The notes below the pieces were generated by a model. The model had not been told where the DNA came from and searched no databases. It worked only from the letters and a program-made list of their open reading frames with translations. A stretch of DNA of 64,000 nucleotides, taken from NCBI GenBank assembly GCA_964552325.1, contig CAZKHA010000002.1, positions 16,758 through 80,757 on the forward strand, in the 5' to 3' direction. This DNA is from an uncultured Bacteroidales bacterium (GTDB lineage Bacteria; Bacteroidota; Bacteroidia; Bacteroidales; TTA-H9). How positions within the stretch are numbered: position 1 is the first letter of the stretch; every line of letters begins with the position of its first letter. Positions 9,768 through 17,851 of this stretch are shown here, piece by piece. A program made the position numbers and the translations under genes.

Positions 9768-11603
9768 TTATTGTCGGTTTAAATGAAGCAGTAAAAATGA
9801 AATATCGGATGGAGAAACACCTGCAATTCTACTTGCTTGCCCTAAAGTTGCGGGTCGTATGGTACTAAGCTTCTGCCGTGCTTCAATCGTTAGACTTTGC
9901 ATACTATTAAAATTGATATCAACAGGAAGCTTCAAATGCTCATATTTAATAAGCTTATCGGCTAATTCACGCTCTCTGCGAATATATGGCTCGTACTTAA
10001 TTATCACTTCAACCTCGGTCATTATCTCCTTGTCAATAACTAGCATTTCACCGATTTGTTTGCTAAGTTGGGTATTATCTTTAACTAATGATTCAAGCCT
10101 AACCTCTGGCCGTTGCAATATTTGCGCTAAGGTGGTGTTTGTGGCAGTATCTTTAATTTCCTCAAGAATAGTGACAAGTTTACTAATTAACTTCATTTTC
10201 TTAATCATTCTATCCATGCGCTCTTTGTCAGCCAATCCATAGCCATAACTTTTGGGCGTTAACCTAAAATCGGCGTTATCTTGTCGCAGCAATGTTCGAT
10301 ACTCCGCCCTGGAGGTAAACATTCGATATGGTTCATCTACAGTCTTTGTTATCAAATCATCAACCAGCACGCCAATATAGGCTTCATCACGCGAAAGCAA
10401 AAATGCTTGTAAACTGTGAGCAGCCTGATGAGCATTAATTCCGGCATAAAATCCTTGTCCAGCCGCTTCTTCATACCCGGTGGTTCCATTGATTTGTCCG
10501 GCAAAAAACAATCCCCGTATCAGCTTCGTCTCTAGGGTATTTGTTAATTGATCAGGAGGAAAATAATCGTATTCGATTGCATAGCCAGGTCGAAAGATTC
10601 GCGCTTGTTCAAATCCAGAAATTTGCCTTAAGGCTGCTAGTTGAATCGAATCTGGTAAGGAGGATGAAAATCCGTTAATGTAATATTCAATTGTATTCCA
10701 ACCTTCGGGTTCTACAAAAAGTTGATGTTCTGTCTTACTACTGAATCTATCAATCTTATCTTCGATGGAAGGACAATATCGTGGTCCAACCCCTTGTATT
10801 CTGCCCGTAAACATTGGCGACATCTCAAAACCTGTTCGAAGGATATTGTGGACATTCTGATTGGTATAAGCTAAATAACAAGGTCGTTGTTCGGTAAGTT
10901 GTACCGAATCTAAAAACGACATCCTACCAGGGTTCTGGTCACCAGGCTGAATAATTAACTTCGAAAAATCTATTGACCGGCCATCAACACGTACAGGAGT
11001 GCCGGTTTTTAAGCGATCGGAACGAAAACCTAAATTTTGCAAACTTTCAGTTATACCGATTGAATTGCGATCGCCCATACGTCCACCAGAAAAATTCCTT
11101 TCTCCAATATGTATCTTTCCATTAAGAAAAGTGCCATTAGTAAGTATTACAGACTTGGCATAAATAGTATATCCTAAACTCGTTTGAACACCTTGTATAA
11201 CCCCATCTTTTGTTAGGATATCAACAACTGTATCTTGTAGGAAATGTAAATTTTCGATTTGCTCAAGTGCATTACGCCATTCTATTGAAAAAAGCACTCG
11301 GTCGTTTTGCGCACGAGGACTCCACATTGCTGGCCCTTTTGAACTATTAAGCATCCGAAATTGTATCATGCTTTTATCACTAACCAGACCAGTATAACCG
11401 CCCATGGCATCAATTTCACGAACAATTTGCCCCTTCCCTACCCCGCCTATCGATGGATTGCAGGACATTTGACCCATGGCCATCATGTTCATGGTAATTA
11501 ACAACACCCTACTTCCCATATTGGCAGAAGCCGCGCTTGCTTCACATCCTGCATGCCCGGCTCCTACAACAATTACATCATATTTGTCAAACATTATCTT
11601 CAA
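9768..11603 (-). CDS. mnmG: tRNA uridine-5-carboxymethylaminomethyl(34) synthesis enzyme MnmG (GidA)
   Basis: VVGAGHAGCEA, MSCNPSIGG, GPRYCPSIEDK, GQINGTTGYEEAA, PYRMFTSRAEYR; start may be ATG at 11594. Confidence 0.97.
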   Translation of the reverse strand: MKIMFDKYDVIVVGAGHAGCEASAASANMGSRVLLITMNMMAMGQMSCNPSIGGVGKGQIVREIDAMGGYTGLVSDKSMIQFRMLNSSKGPAMWSPRAQNDRVLFSIEWRNALEQIENLHFLQDTVVDILTKDGVIQGVQTSLGYTIYAKSVILTNGTFLNGKIHIGERNFSGGRMGDRNSIGITESLQNLGFRSDRLKTGTPVRVDGRSIDFSKLIIQPGDQNPGRMSFLDSVQLTEQRPCYLAYTNQNVHNILRTGFEMSPMFTGRIQGVGPRYCPSIEDKIDRFSSKTEHQLFVEPEGWNTIEYYINGFSSSLPDSIQLAALRQISGFEQARIFRPGYAIEYDYFPPDQLTNTLETKLIRGLFFAGQINGTTGYEEAAGQGFYAGINAHQAAHSLQAFLLSRDEAYIGVLVDDLITKTVDEPYRMFTSRAEYRTLLRQDNADFRLTPKSYGYGLADKERMDRMIKKMKLISKLVTILEEIKDTATNTTLAQILQRPEVRLESLVKDNTQLSKQIGEMLVIDKEIMTEVEVIIKYEPYIRRERELADKLIKYEHLKLPVDINFNSMQSLTIEARQKLSTIRPATLGQASRIAGVSPSDISFLLLHLNRQ

Positions 11604-12058
11604 GTCTTTAGTGTTTCACGTGAAACAATCGTCTTATACGCTGTAAATCTGGCCATTAGGTCGTTTTCCAGCTCTCGCATCCTAGTCGATTGCTCGTCTG
11701 TTTTGTCCTTATTTCCTAACAAATGTAGCAACCCATGAAAAATAACACGCAAAAGCTCATTACTAAAAGAATCTCCAAACTTAACACTATTCTCCTTCAC
11801 TCTTTCTACACTTATAAAAATCTCACCGCTTAAGGTTGTACCTTCAGTATAATCAAATGTAATAATGTCAGTTAGTGTTTTATGCTTAAGGTATTGTTTG
11901 TTTAACTCTAACACCTTTTGATCCGTAGTAAAAGTATATGCTAACGGGCCAATACTTCTATTTGCTTCCGATACAACAGTATTAATAAAATTAGATAAAA
12001 CCCTTTTATCTTTTAAATTATCAGATACATCATCAAAATAAAAGTTGACTCTTTTCAT
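11600..12058 (-). CDS. ybeY: rRNA maturation endoribonuclease YbeY
   Basis: LNKQYL.H...TDIITF, GEIFIS, HGLLHLLG (usual third His region reads GNKD). Confidence 0.9.
   Translation of the reverse strand: MKRVNFYFDDVSDNLKDKRVLSNFINTVVSEANRSIGPLAYTFTTDQKVLELNKQYLKHKTLTDIITFDYTEGTTLSGEIFISVERVKENSVKFGDSFSNELLRVIFHGLLHLLGNKDKTDEQSTRMRELENDLMARFTAYKTIVSRETLKT
11612..11627. promoter_or_regulatory. Perfect parS site (TGTTTCACGTGAAACA)
   Basis: Exact 16-bp palindromic parS consensus in ybeY 3' end, just upstream of mnmG (encodes VSRET). Confidence 0.93.
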
Positions 12059-12534
12059 TTAACTATTTCCTTGCTTACTATGTTGCTATCAAAGTACATT
12101 TGTAAAAACTTCGTACGCCTAATACTATTGCTATTAGTAAAAGATAAAATATCAAATACCAATGAAATTGAATGATTATAATTATCAATAACAACAGAAT
12201 CACAAATGCTTTTAACTAAATCTAAACTTTCAACTACCGCTGATTCATTCTCAAATTCAACTGAAGGTGATAGCTCATATGAACTGACTTGTAATGTAAA
12301 AACAAGTCTATTATTTGTGTTGTGTGCACTAAAAATTATCTCGTTAGGTAACAGTTTTAAAACTTGTTGTATAAATTCAATGCTACTAACCTCAAATACG
12401 GCTAGGGCAATACAAGAATAATACGAATTAGAGATGAATAGCCCGCTGCAGGCCTTATCTACTTCTGTTTCGAGCATAGATCTAAACACAGCATCGGGTT
12501 TACCTTTAATTAAGACATTTTGAAGGGCTTGCAT
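12055..12534 (-). CDS. Hypothetical protein, possibly degenerate RsbW-like (HATPase_c_2) fold
   Basis: Position between the coiled-coil gene and ybeY; residual YY..IALAVFE and LVKSICDSV patterns; no N or G boxes. Confidence 0.45.
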   Translation of the reverse strand: MQALQNVLIKGKPDAVFRSMLETEVDKACSGLFISNSYYSCIALAVFEVSSIEFIQQVLKLLPNEIIFSAHNTNNRLVFTLQVSSYELSPSVEFENESAVVESLDLVKSICDSVVIDNYNHSISLVFDILSFTNSNSIRRTKFLQMYFDSNIVSKEIVK

Positions 12535-12538
12535 ATTT

Positions 12539-15500
12539 CTACTTAGAATGGGTTTTGAGAGAACTTGTATATTTTCGGTAATAGGTACGCAACTTTATTG
12601 GGTCGGGTTTCAATACCAATCTATTTTCTTTGGAATTAATCTCTCCAACTTTAAAGTTATCTAAATTCATCACCGATTGCTCATCTTTAAACTCGGTTGA
12701 CTTTCGCTGATTATCCATCTCCTGCATACGTTCAGCCTTTTCAGCCTCAAGTAAGCGGGTTTCAATTTCTTGCTGTCGTGCTAGCATTTCTGGAGTAATA
12801 GCTCTATTTATCAAATCATTCTCAATAGCTTCCATTTTCTTTCCAGCGTCTTTTAACAGTTCCTTCAAGCCTTTGTCGCCCGTTTCATTCATTAAGTCTT
12901 GCACAGCCTTCCGAATTTCGTATTGCTCAGCGGCAAGGCGAGCACGAGCTTCACTACCTTCTTTGCCTTCTTTACCCTCTTTAGAACCCGGCTTTTGTTG
13001 CCCCGGTTTTGGTTGCCCCATGCTTTGCTGTTGGCTTCCCTTATTAAGCTTTTGTTGTTGCTTGGTTAAGTTGCTAAGTTTAGCTCCTGACTTTCCTTTT
13101 TTCTTCTTTTTACTCGAACACATTCCACCCGAAGATTGGGGTTGCATCCGCGAGAAGTCCTCAAGATTCTCAGAAAGCATTAAGCTAATTTGATTCATAA
13201 CACCCAACGTACGTTGTTGTTTATCTTCGATATCGGGATAATTTCGGTTCTTAAAGCCTGTGTTTATCATTCCTTTATAAAGCGAAACTTTATCACTAGC
13301 CTCAACATAGGCTACCACATCAACCATTCCAGATTTAAGGAAATTAAGCAAGGAATCACGGAAAACCTCAAATTGGCGGTTAAAAAGGTGCTGATCAGAG
13401 AGAATCTTAGGGTTAAGTTGATTTTGTCGCTTTTGTGCATTAAAGCTAAGGAAATTATCCTCCTGAAAGAAGCTAAGATTGTTAATGTGCTTAATCAATT
13501 TTTTAACCTTTTCAATATTGAGCTCTAGCTCTTGCTCAAAAAGGCTATTCAGCATGTCGTTAAGTTCTTGCTGTGCGTTGTCAATTTTTTGGTCTACATC
13601 CTTCGCCTTTTCTTGCTGTTCGCCATCTTTTGAAGGTTTGTCAAGTGATTTTTGCAAATCCTCAAGGGCTTCATCAGCTTTTTGTACAGCTTCTTCCTTT
13701 AGCTCTTTCTTATTCATTTCATTAAAGGACTGCTCAACTTCCTTTACCAAGTCTTTGGCTTGTTTAAACAACCTATCTTTCTGCTCCGTGTTCAGGTTCT
13801 CGCCCTTTTGTAAAACTTCACTATTCAACTTATCAGCCTTACCCAAACTATCAATCATTGCCTGTAACTTAAGGGCTTGATCGAGCTGCTTGAGCAAATT
13901 CTTCTGCTGTTCCAACGCTAAGTCAGCTAAGTCCATCACCTTCTTTTCTTCTTGCTTGCGTTTTTCATCAAAGAATCCCTGCTTCTCGAGCTTCTCCATC
14001 TTTTCCTTAATCTGATCAAGAATCTTATTCAGGTTCTCTTCCTTCTTTTCAAGTATCTCTCTACTAGTTGAGTCCATCTCTTGAACCTGTTTAAACTGCT
14101 TCGAAATATCCTCTAGTTTATTACCACTTTCATCTAAACTATTCAAAATATCATTTTGAAGTTTTTGTTCCTCTGATATCCTTTCCATCTTCATAAAATC
14201 GCCCGCGAGTGAATCATTGCGCAGTTTTGTTTTTAATGATTTCTGCAATGTATTTAATGATTTGCTTTTGTTGGAGAGCTTTGCCAACTCTTCGCTTAAA
14301 TCATCAAGCTCTTTTAGCATTTGTTTCTTTTGAGGCTTGCTAATAGTAAACATTTGGCTTTTAACTGTATCACGTCTAAACGGATTTGCATCAAACAATA
14401 GCCATAGCGTATAGAGGGTATCGCGTCCTTGATTAAAATAGGAATTAAAATTGAAAGAATAATCAAACTCTTTGCTTTTAACACCATACAGATCAATTAT
14501 ACTCATATTCTTGAATAAAATATTCTTGTACTTATCTAACACAAGATGCTCTATTCGCTTAAGTGAGTTGTCATCATACACATTAACGCGGTACTGCTTA
14601 AAATAAAACAAACTATCATGTGAAATATCCGTAACATAAATACCTGGTCTATCATCGGGTAATGACTTGCTGCTTACAATTATGGTGTCAGCCATTAATT
14701 TATCGATGCTGTAAATCAAAAACTTTAGTGTAAAAGAAACACTGGAAGCCACGTCAAATGTGTAGTTGCCAGGGTCATCACTTATAACTTTTGAACTGAG
14801 GATAGTGGTTGAATCAATAACTGGCTGAATTTTCCCGCAGTACTTAGTAGCCAATGCAAACCTGTATGAAGTGTATGCTGGAGCAATGAAACTATACTTG
14901 TTGACAAAAACATCTGGTTTCATGTTTAAATAAGCCGGATAATTAAGAGTTGTACTAAATCTGGCAACAAGCGGTTTATTATAAACTTTTAACACAAATT
15001 CTTGCCCAATTTCATCAAAATTAACATTTAGTTTAAACCGGATATCGTTGTCAACTTTTTGAAATACATAGCTATAACTACCATCATTGTTAGGTGCAGC
15101 ATGAAAGGAGTTTCCGTTATAAGATACAAACAAATCAGTTGCTTTAAACTCACTTTCTATGTAAACAGTAAGCTTAAAGTCTTCGTATTGATTAACGTCT
15201 AAAGCTACGGGCGAGATAGAATAAGTGCAAATTGCTGGTTTGGCAAATGGGATATTATAATTGACTAAGCGTTCAATTGAATGAGAAAAGCGTTGCTGAT
15301 TCAGAAAATAAACTCCAGTATAAATTAGGATAAAACAAAGCAATAAAACAAACGGAATTTTCAGCTGCCTAAGGTTAATAATATTGCCAAAATCAAATCG
15401 TTCAACAACACCTTCCTTCTGGTTAGCTGCGGCGAGGGCTAAGTGTGAGCTTCCTAAAAACTTAAGCTCCAAATAATTCAAATAAACATCTTTAAGAGAT

Positions 15501-15787
15501 TCCTCTGAGGATAAGCGCTCGCCGAAACGTGAAAGTTTTGTTAAGTTAACTTTACGGCTAATACGCAACAAAAAAACCAGATAATACCCAAGTATCAATA
15601 TATTCACCCCAAGAAAACCAAATAATATAAGCGATTTACTCATAGGGGTCAAATAAAGCTTATCTTCGATATATAAGGCCGTCAGTATATAAAAAATATC
15701 AAAAATGAGCAAGTAAATCGACTTCCTTGCCAGGTTGATCAAGAGTTGCCGATGATAATATTTAAGTAGATACCTTGAAATGTTCAT
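12539..15787 (-). CDS. DUF4175-like membrane protein with long coiled coil
   Basis: N-terminal TMs, Ig-like middle (YPAYL), Q/E/K-rich coiled coils, C-terminal RQQEIETRLLEAEKAER motif; upstream of ybeY-mnmG. Confidence 0.7.
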   Translation of the reverse strand: MNISRYLLKYYHRQLLINLARKSIYLLIFDIFYILTALYIEDKLYLTPMSKSLILFGFLGVNILILGYYLVFLLRISRKVNLTKLSRFGERLSSEESLKDVYLNYLELKFLGSSHLALAAANQKEGVVERFDFGNIINLRQLKIPFVLLLCFILIYTGVYFLNQQRFSHSIERLVNYNIPFAKPAICTYSISPVALDVNQYEDFKLTVYIESEFKATDLFVSYNGNSFHAAPNNDGSYSYVFQKVDNDIRFKLNVNFDEIGQEFVLKVYNKPLVARFSTTLNYPAYLNMKPDVFVNKYSFIAPAYTSYRFALATKYCGKIQPVIDSTTILSSKVISDDPGNYTFDVASSVSFTLKFLIYSIDKLMADTIIVSSKSLPDDRPGIYVTDISHDSLFYFKQYRVNVYDDNSLKRIEHLVLDKYKNILFKNMSIIDLYGVKSKEFDYSFNFNSYFNQGRDTLYTLWLLFDANPFRRDTVKSQMFTISKPQKKQMLKELDDLSEELAKLSNKSKSLNTLQKSLKTKLRNDSLAGDFMKMERISEEQKLQNDILNSLDESGNKLEDISKQFKQVQEMDSTSREILEKKEENLNKILDQIKEKMEKLEKQGFFDEKRKQEEKKVMDLADLALEQQKNLLKQLDQALKLQAMIDSLGKADKLNSEVLQKGENLNTEQKDRLFKQAKDLVKEVEQSFNEMNKKELKEEAVQKADEALEDLQKSLDKPSKDGEQQEKAKDVDQKIDNAQQELNDMLNSLFEQELELNIEKVKKLIKHINNLSFFQEDNFLSFNAQKRQNQLNPKILSDQHLFNRQFEVFRDSLLNFLKSGMVDVVAYVEASDKVSLYKGMINTGFKNRNYPDIEDKQQRTLGVMNQISLMLSENLEDFSRMQPQSSGGMCSSKKKKKGKSGAKLSNLTKQQQKLNKGSQQQSMGQPKPGQQKPGSKEGKEGKEGSEARARLAAEQYEIRKAVQDLMNETGDKGLKELLKDAGKKMEAIENDLINRAITPEMLARQQEIETRLLEAEKAERMQEMDNQRKSTEFKDEQSVMNLDNFKVGEINSKENRLVLKPDPIKLRTYYRKYTSSLKTHSK

Positions 15788-15818
15788 AATTACTATTGGG
15801 GCAGGTGTTGCGAACCTG

Positions 15819-15826
15819 CAAAGATA
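15819..15826 (-). promoter_or_regulatory. -7 promoter element (TATCTTTG) for the DUF4175-ybeY-mnmG operon
   Basis: TAnnTTTG followed by CA, 32 nt upstream of ATG. Confidence 0.65.
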
Positions 15827-15980
15827 AGTATAATGCCCATGGAGAACCTTTACAACAGCATAAAAGTTGCTGTAAAGACGATGTTTGAACGTATAAATTT
15901 GAATTCCAGCAAATTTAGTAGAATGCTGCTTCGATTGGCTTTGCTAAACCTTAGATGATAGAAAGAAGGAAAATTTTTGG

Positions 15981-15988
15981 TAATTTTG
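15981..15988 (+). promoter_or_regulatory. -7 promoter element (TAATTTTG) for acyltransferase-ileS
   Basis: TAnnTTTGCA match; supports ATG at 16049 rather than TTG at 15977. Confidence 0.6.
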
Positions 15989-16048
15989 CACCCACCAAAT
16001 TTTACATGGTTTTATAAACACCTGAAATTAACATTAATAGCAGATATA

Positions 16049-17842
16049 ATGGCACTTGTAACCTCTAACGATATTCTCTCGATAGCCAAACCTATAAGGT
16101 TATTGGGTGGGCATTGGTTGGCAAAGAAGGTTTTGCGGTGGTTGGCTTTGGATAAAGCAAACAAACTTTACGATGCGTTAATACATTCAAAGGTAAAGGA
16201 TTATGAAGCCTTACAAAAAATTTTAGATACCCTCCCCGTTCATTATCAAATTAATGCAAATGCATTATCAGCTATTCCGGCTACGGGTCCATTCATAACT
16301 ATCTCAAATCATCCGTTTGGGTCCATAGACGGAATAATCCTAGCCCATGCTATAGCCAAAGTAAGGCCTGATTATAAGTTAGTGGTTAATTTTTTGCTAA
16401 ATAAAATTGAGCCTATTAACTCCTATTTTATCCCCGTAAACCCATTTGAAGAGCATAAAGACAAGTTTAATAGCACTTCAGGAATTAGAAATACTATTTC
16501 GCACGTTCGTAACGGTGGTGGTTTAGGGCTTTTTCCGGCCGGTGAGGTTTCGAGCTTTAGCCTAAAAACATTAACAATAAGTGATATTGAATGGCCTGAC
16601 CAAATTATAAAGTTGGTTAAAACGTTAAAAGTGCCGGTTATTCCTATCTATTTTGAGGGTCGGAACTCTAAAAGATTTTATCTGCTTGGCTTGTTGCACC
16701 CTCGCTTGCGAACCGCTAGACTTGCGAACGAAATGTTTAACAAGGTTAACAAAACCCTTAGGCTGCAGGTTGGTAAGCAAATAAGTGTTGAAACACAGGC
16801 TATTTTTACTGATTTGCAAGAATATAAGCACTTCTTAAGGTCGAAACTATACGCACAAAAACTTGCACTTACGAGTAATCAAGAACCTAAACATGTTTCA
16901 ACCAAGCCTGCTGAAGAAATAATTGCACCAATACCAGTTGATGAATTACTTACAGAACTTGTTTCCTTAGAATCTTCTCAACTCTTTAAGTTAAAGGAAT
17001 ATACGGTTTATTGCGCCCCCACGAGTGCTATGCCTAAACTTATGACTGAAATTGGCCGATTGAGGGAAATAACCTATCGCGAGGTTGGTGAAGGCACCAA
17101 TAAATCAATTGATATTGACAAATTTGATGCACATTACCATCAAATGTTTATTTGGAACGAAACCGATAAGCGAATAGTGGGGGCTTATCGCATTGGCTAC
17201 GGAAGAGAATTACTACAGATCAATGGATTAAAAAGCTTCTACATTAATAGCTTATTCCAAATAAAACGGCCTTTAGAGCCGTTGATGAATGATGCCATAG
17301 AATTAGGTCGCTCGTTTGTGGTTAAAGAATATCAACGCAAAGCCACTCCCCTATTTTTACTTTGGAAAGCCCTATTTGTAATTCTGGTAAAAGACGACTA
17401 TAGGTATCTTATTGGCCCCGTAAGCATTAGCGGAAAATTTAGCGACACGGCCAAAGCATTGGTAACAGTTTTCTTACGTAAAAACTATTTTAACGAGGCC
17501 TTTGCACAACATATTAAAAACCGTGTTAAAAAAGGCTTTGAAGTCCCAAATGAAATTGATATAGAAACATTTCTGCGCATAACCAATAAAGACTTTGCTA
17601 AACTTGATGCCTTTATTCAGGATTTTGATCCTCAATACACTACACCTATTTTAGTACGTCAATACATAAGCTTGCTGAAAACCGAGATAATTGGTTTTAA
17701 TATAGATCCAGATTTTAACTATTGCTTAGATGCCCTAATGTTAATGGATATAAAAGGTACGCCAAAGGCATTCATGGAATCGCTGTCAAAAGATTTAAAG
17801 GATTTATCGAAAGTTGAAAGTCTATTAAGTGAATTAGAATAA
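16049..17842 (+). CDS. Bifunctional PlsC-type acyltransferase plus GNAT N-acyltransferase (OlsF-like amino-lipid synthase)
   Basis: NHPFGSIDG (HxxxxD) and FPAGEV in N-half; GRLREITYREVGEG, GAYRIG, ELGRSFV in C-half. Confidence 0.8.
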   Translation: MALVTSNDILSIAKPIRLLGGHWLAKKVLRWLALDKANKLYDALIHSKVKDYEALQKILDTLPVHYQINANALSAIPATGPFITISNHPFGSIDGIILAHAIAKVRPDYKLVVNFLLNKIEPINSYFIPVNPFEEHKDKFNSTSGIRNTISHVRNGGGLGLFPAGEVSSFSLKTLTISDIEWPDQIIKLVKTLKVPVIPIYFEGRNSKRFYLLGLLHPRLRTARLANEMFNKVNKTLRLQVGKQISVETQAIFTDLQEYKHFLRSKLYAQKLALTSNQEPKHVSTKPAEEIIAPIPVDELLTELVSLESSQLFKLKEYTVYCAPTSAMPKLMTEIGRLREITYREVGEGTNKSIDIDKFDAHYHQMFIWNETDKRIVGAYRIGYGRELLQINGLKSFYINSLFQIKRPLEPLMNDAIELGRSFVVKEYQRKATPLFLLWKALFVILVKDDYRYLIGPVSISGKFSDTAKALVTVFLRKNYFNEAFAQHIKNRVKKGFEVPNEIDIETFLRITNKDFAKLDAFIQDFDPQYTTPILVRQYISLLKTEIIGFNIDPDFNYCLDALMLMDIKGTPKAFMESLSKDLKDLSKVESLLSELE

Positions 17843-17851
17843 ATATACTAC

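Noticed and set aside
12950-13030. EGK and PGQ short tandem repeats
   Set aside because: Low-complexity linker typical of this protein family; not an array
12873-13880. Three consecutive antisense ORFs of 106-133 aa
   Set aside because: Shadow frames of the Q/E/K-rich coiled-coil gene; S/F/C/L-rich composition is the expected reverse-complement artefact
15788-16048. oriC at the strand-orientation switch near mnmG
   Set aside because: No DnaA-box cluster; the region is explained by two divergent promoters
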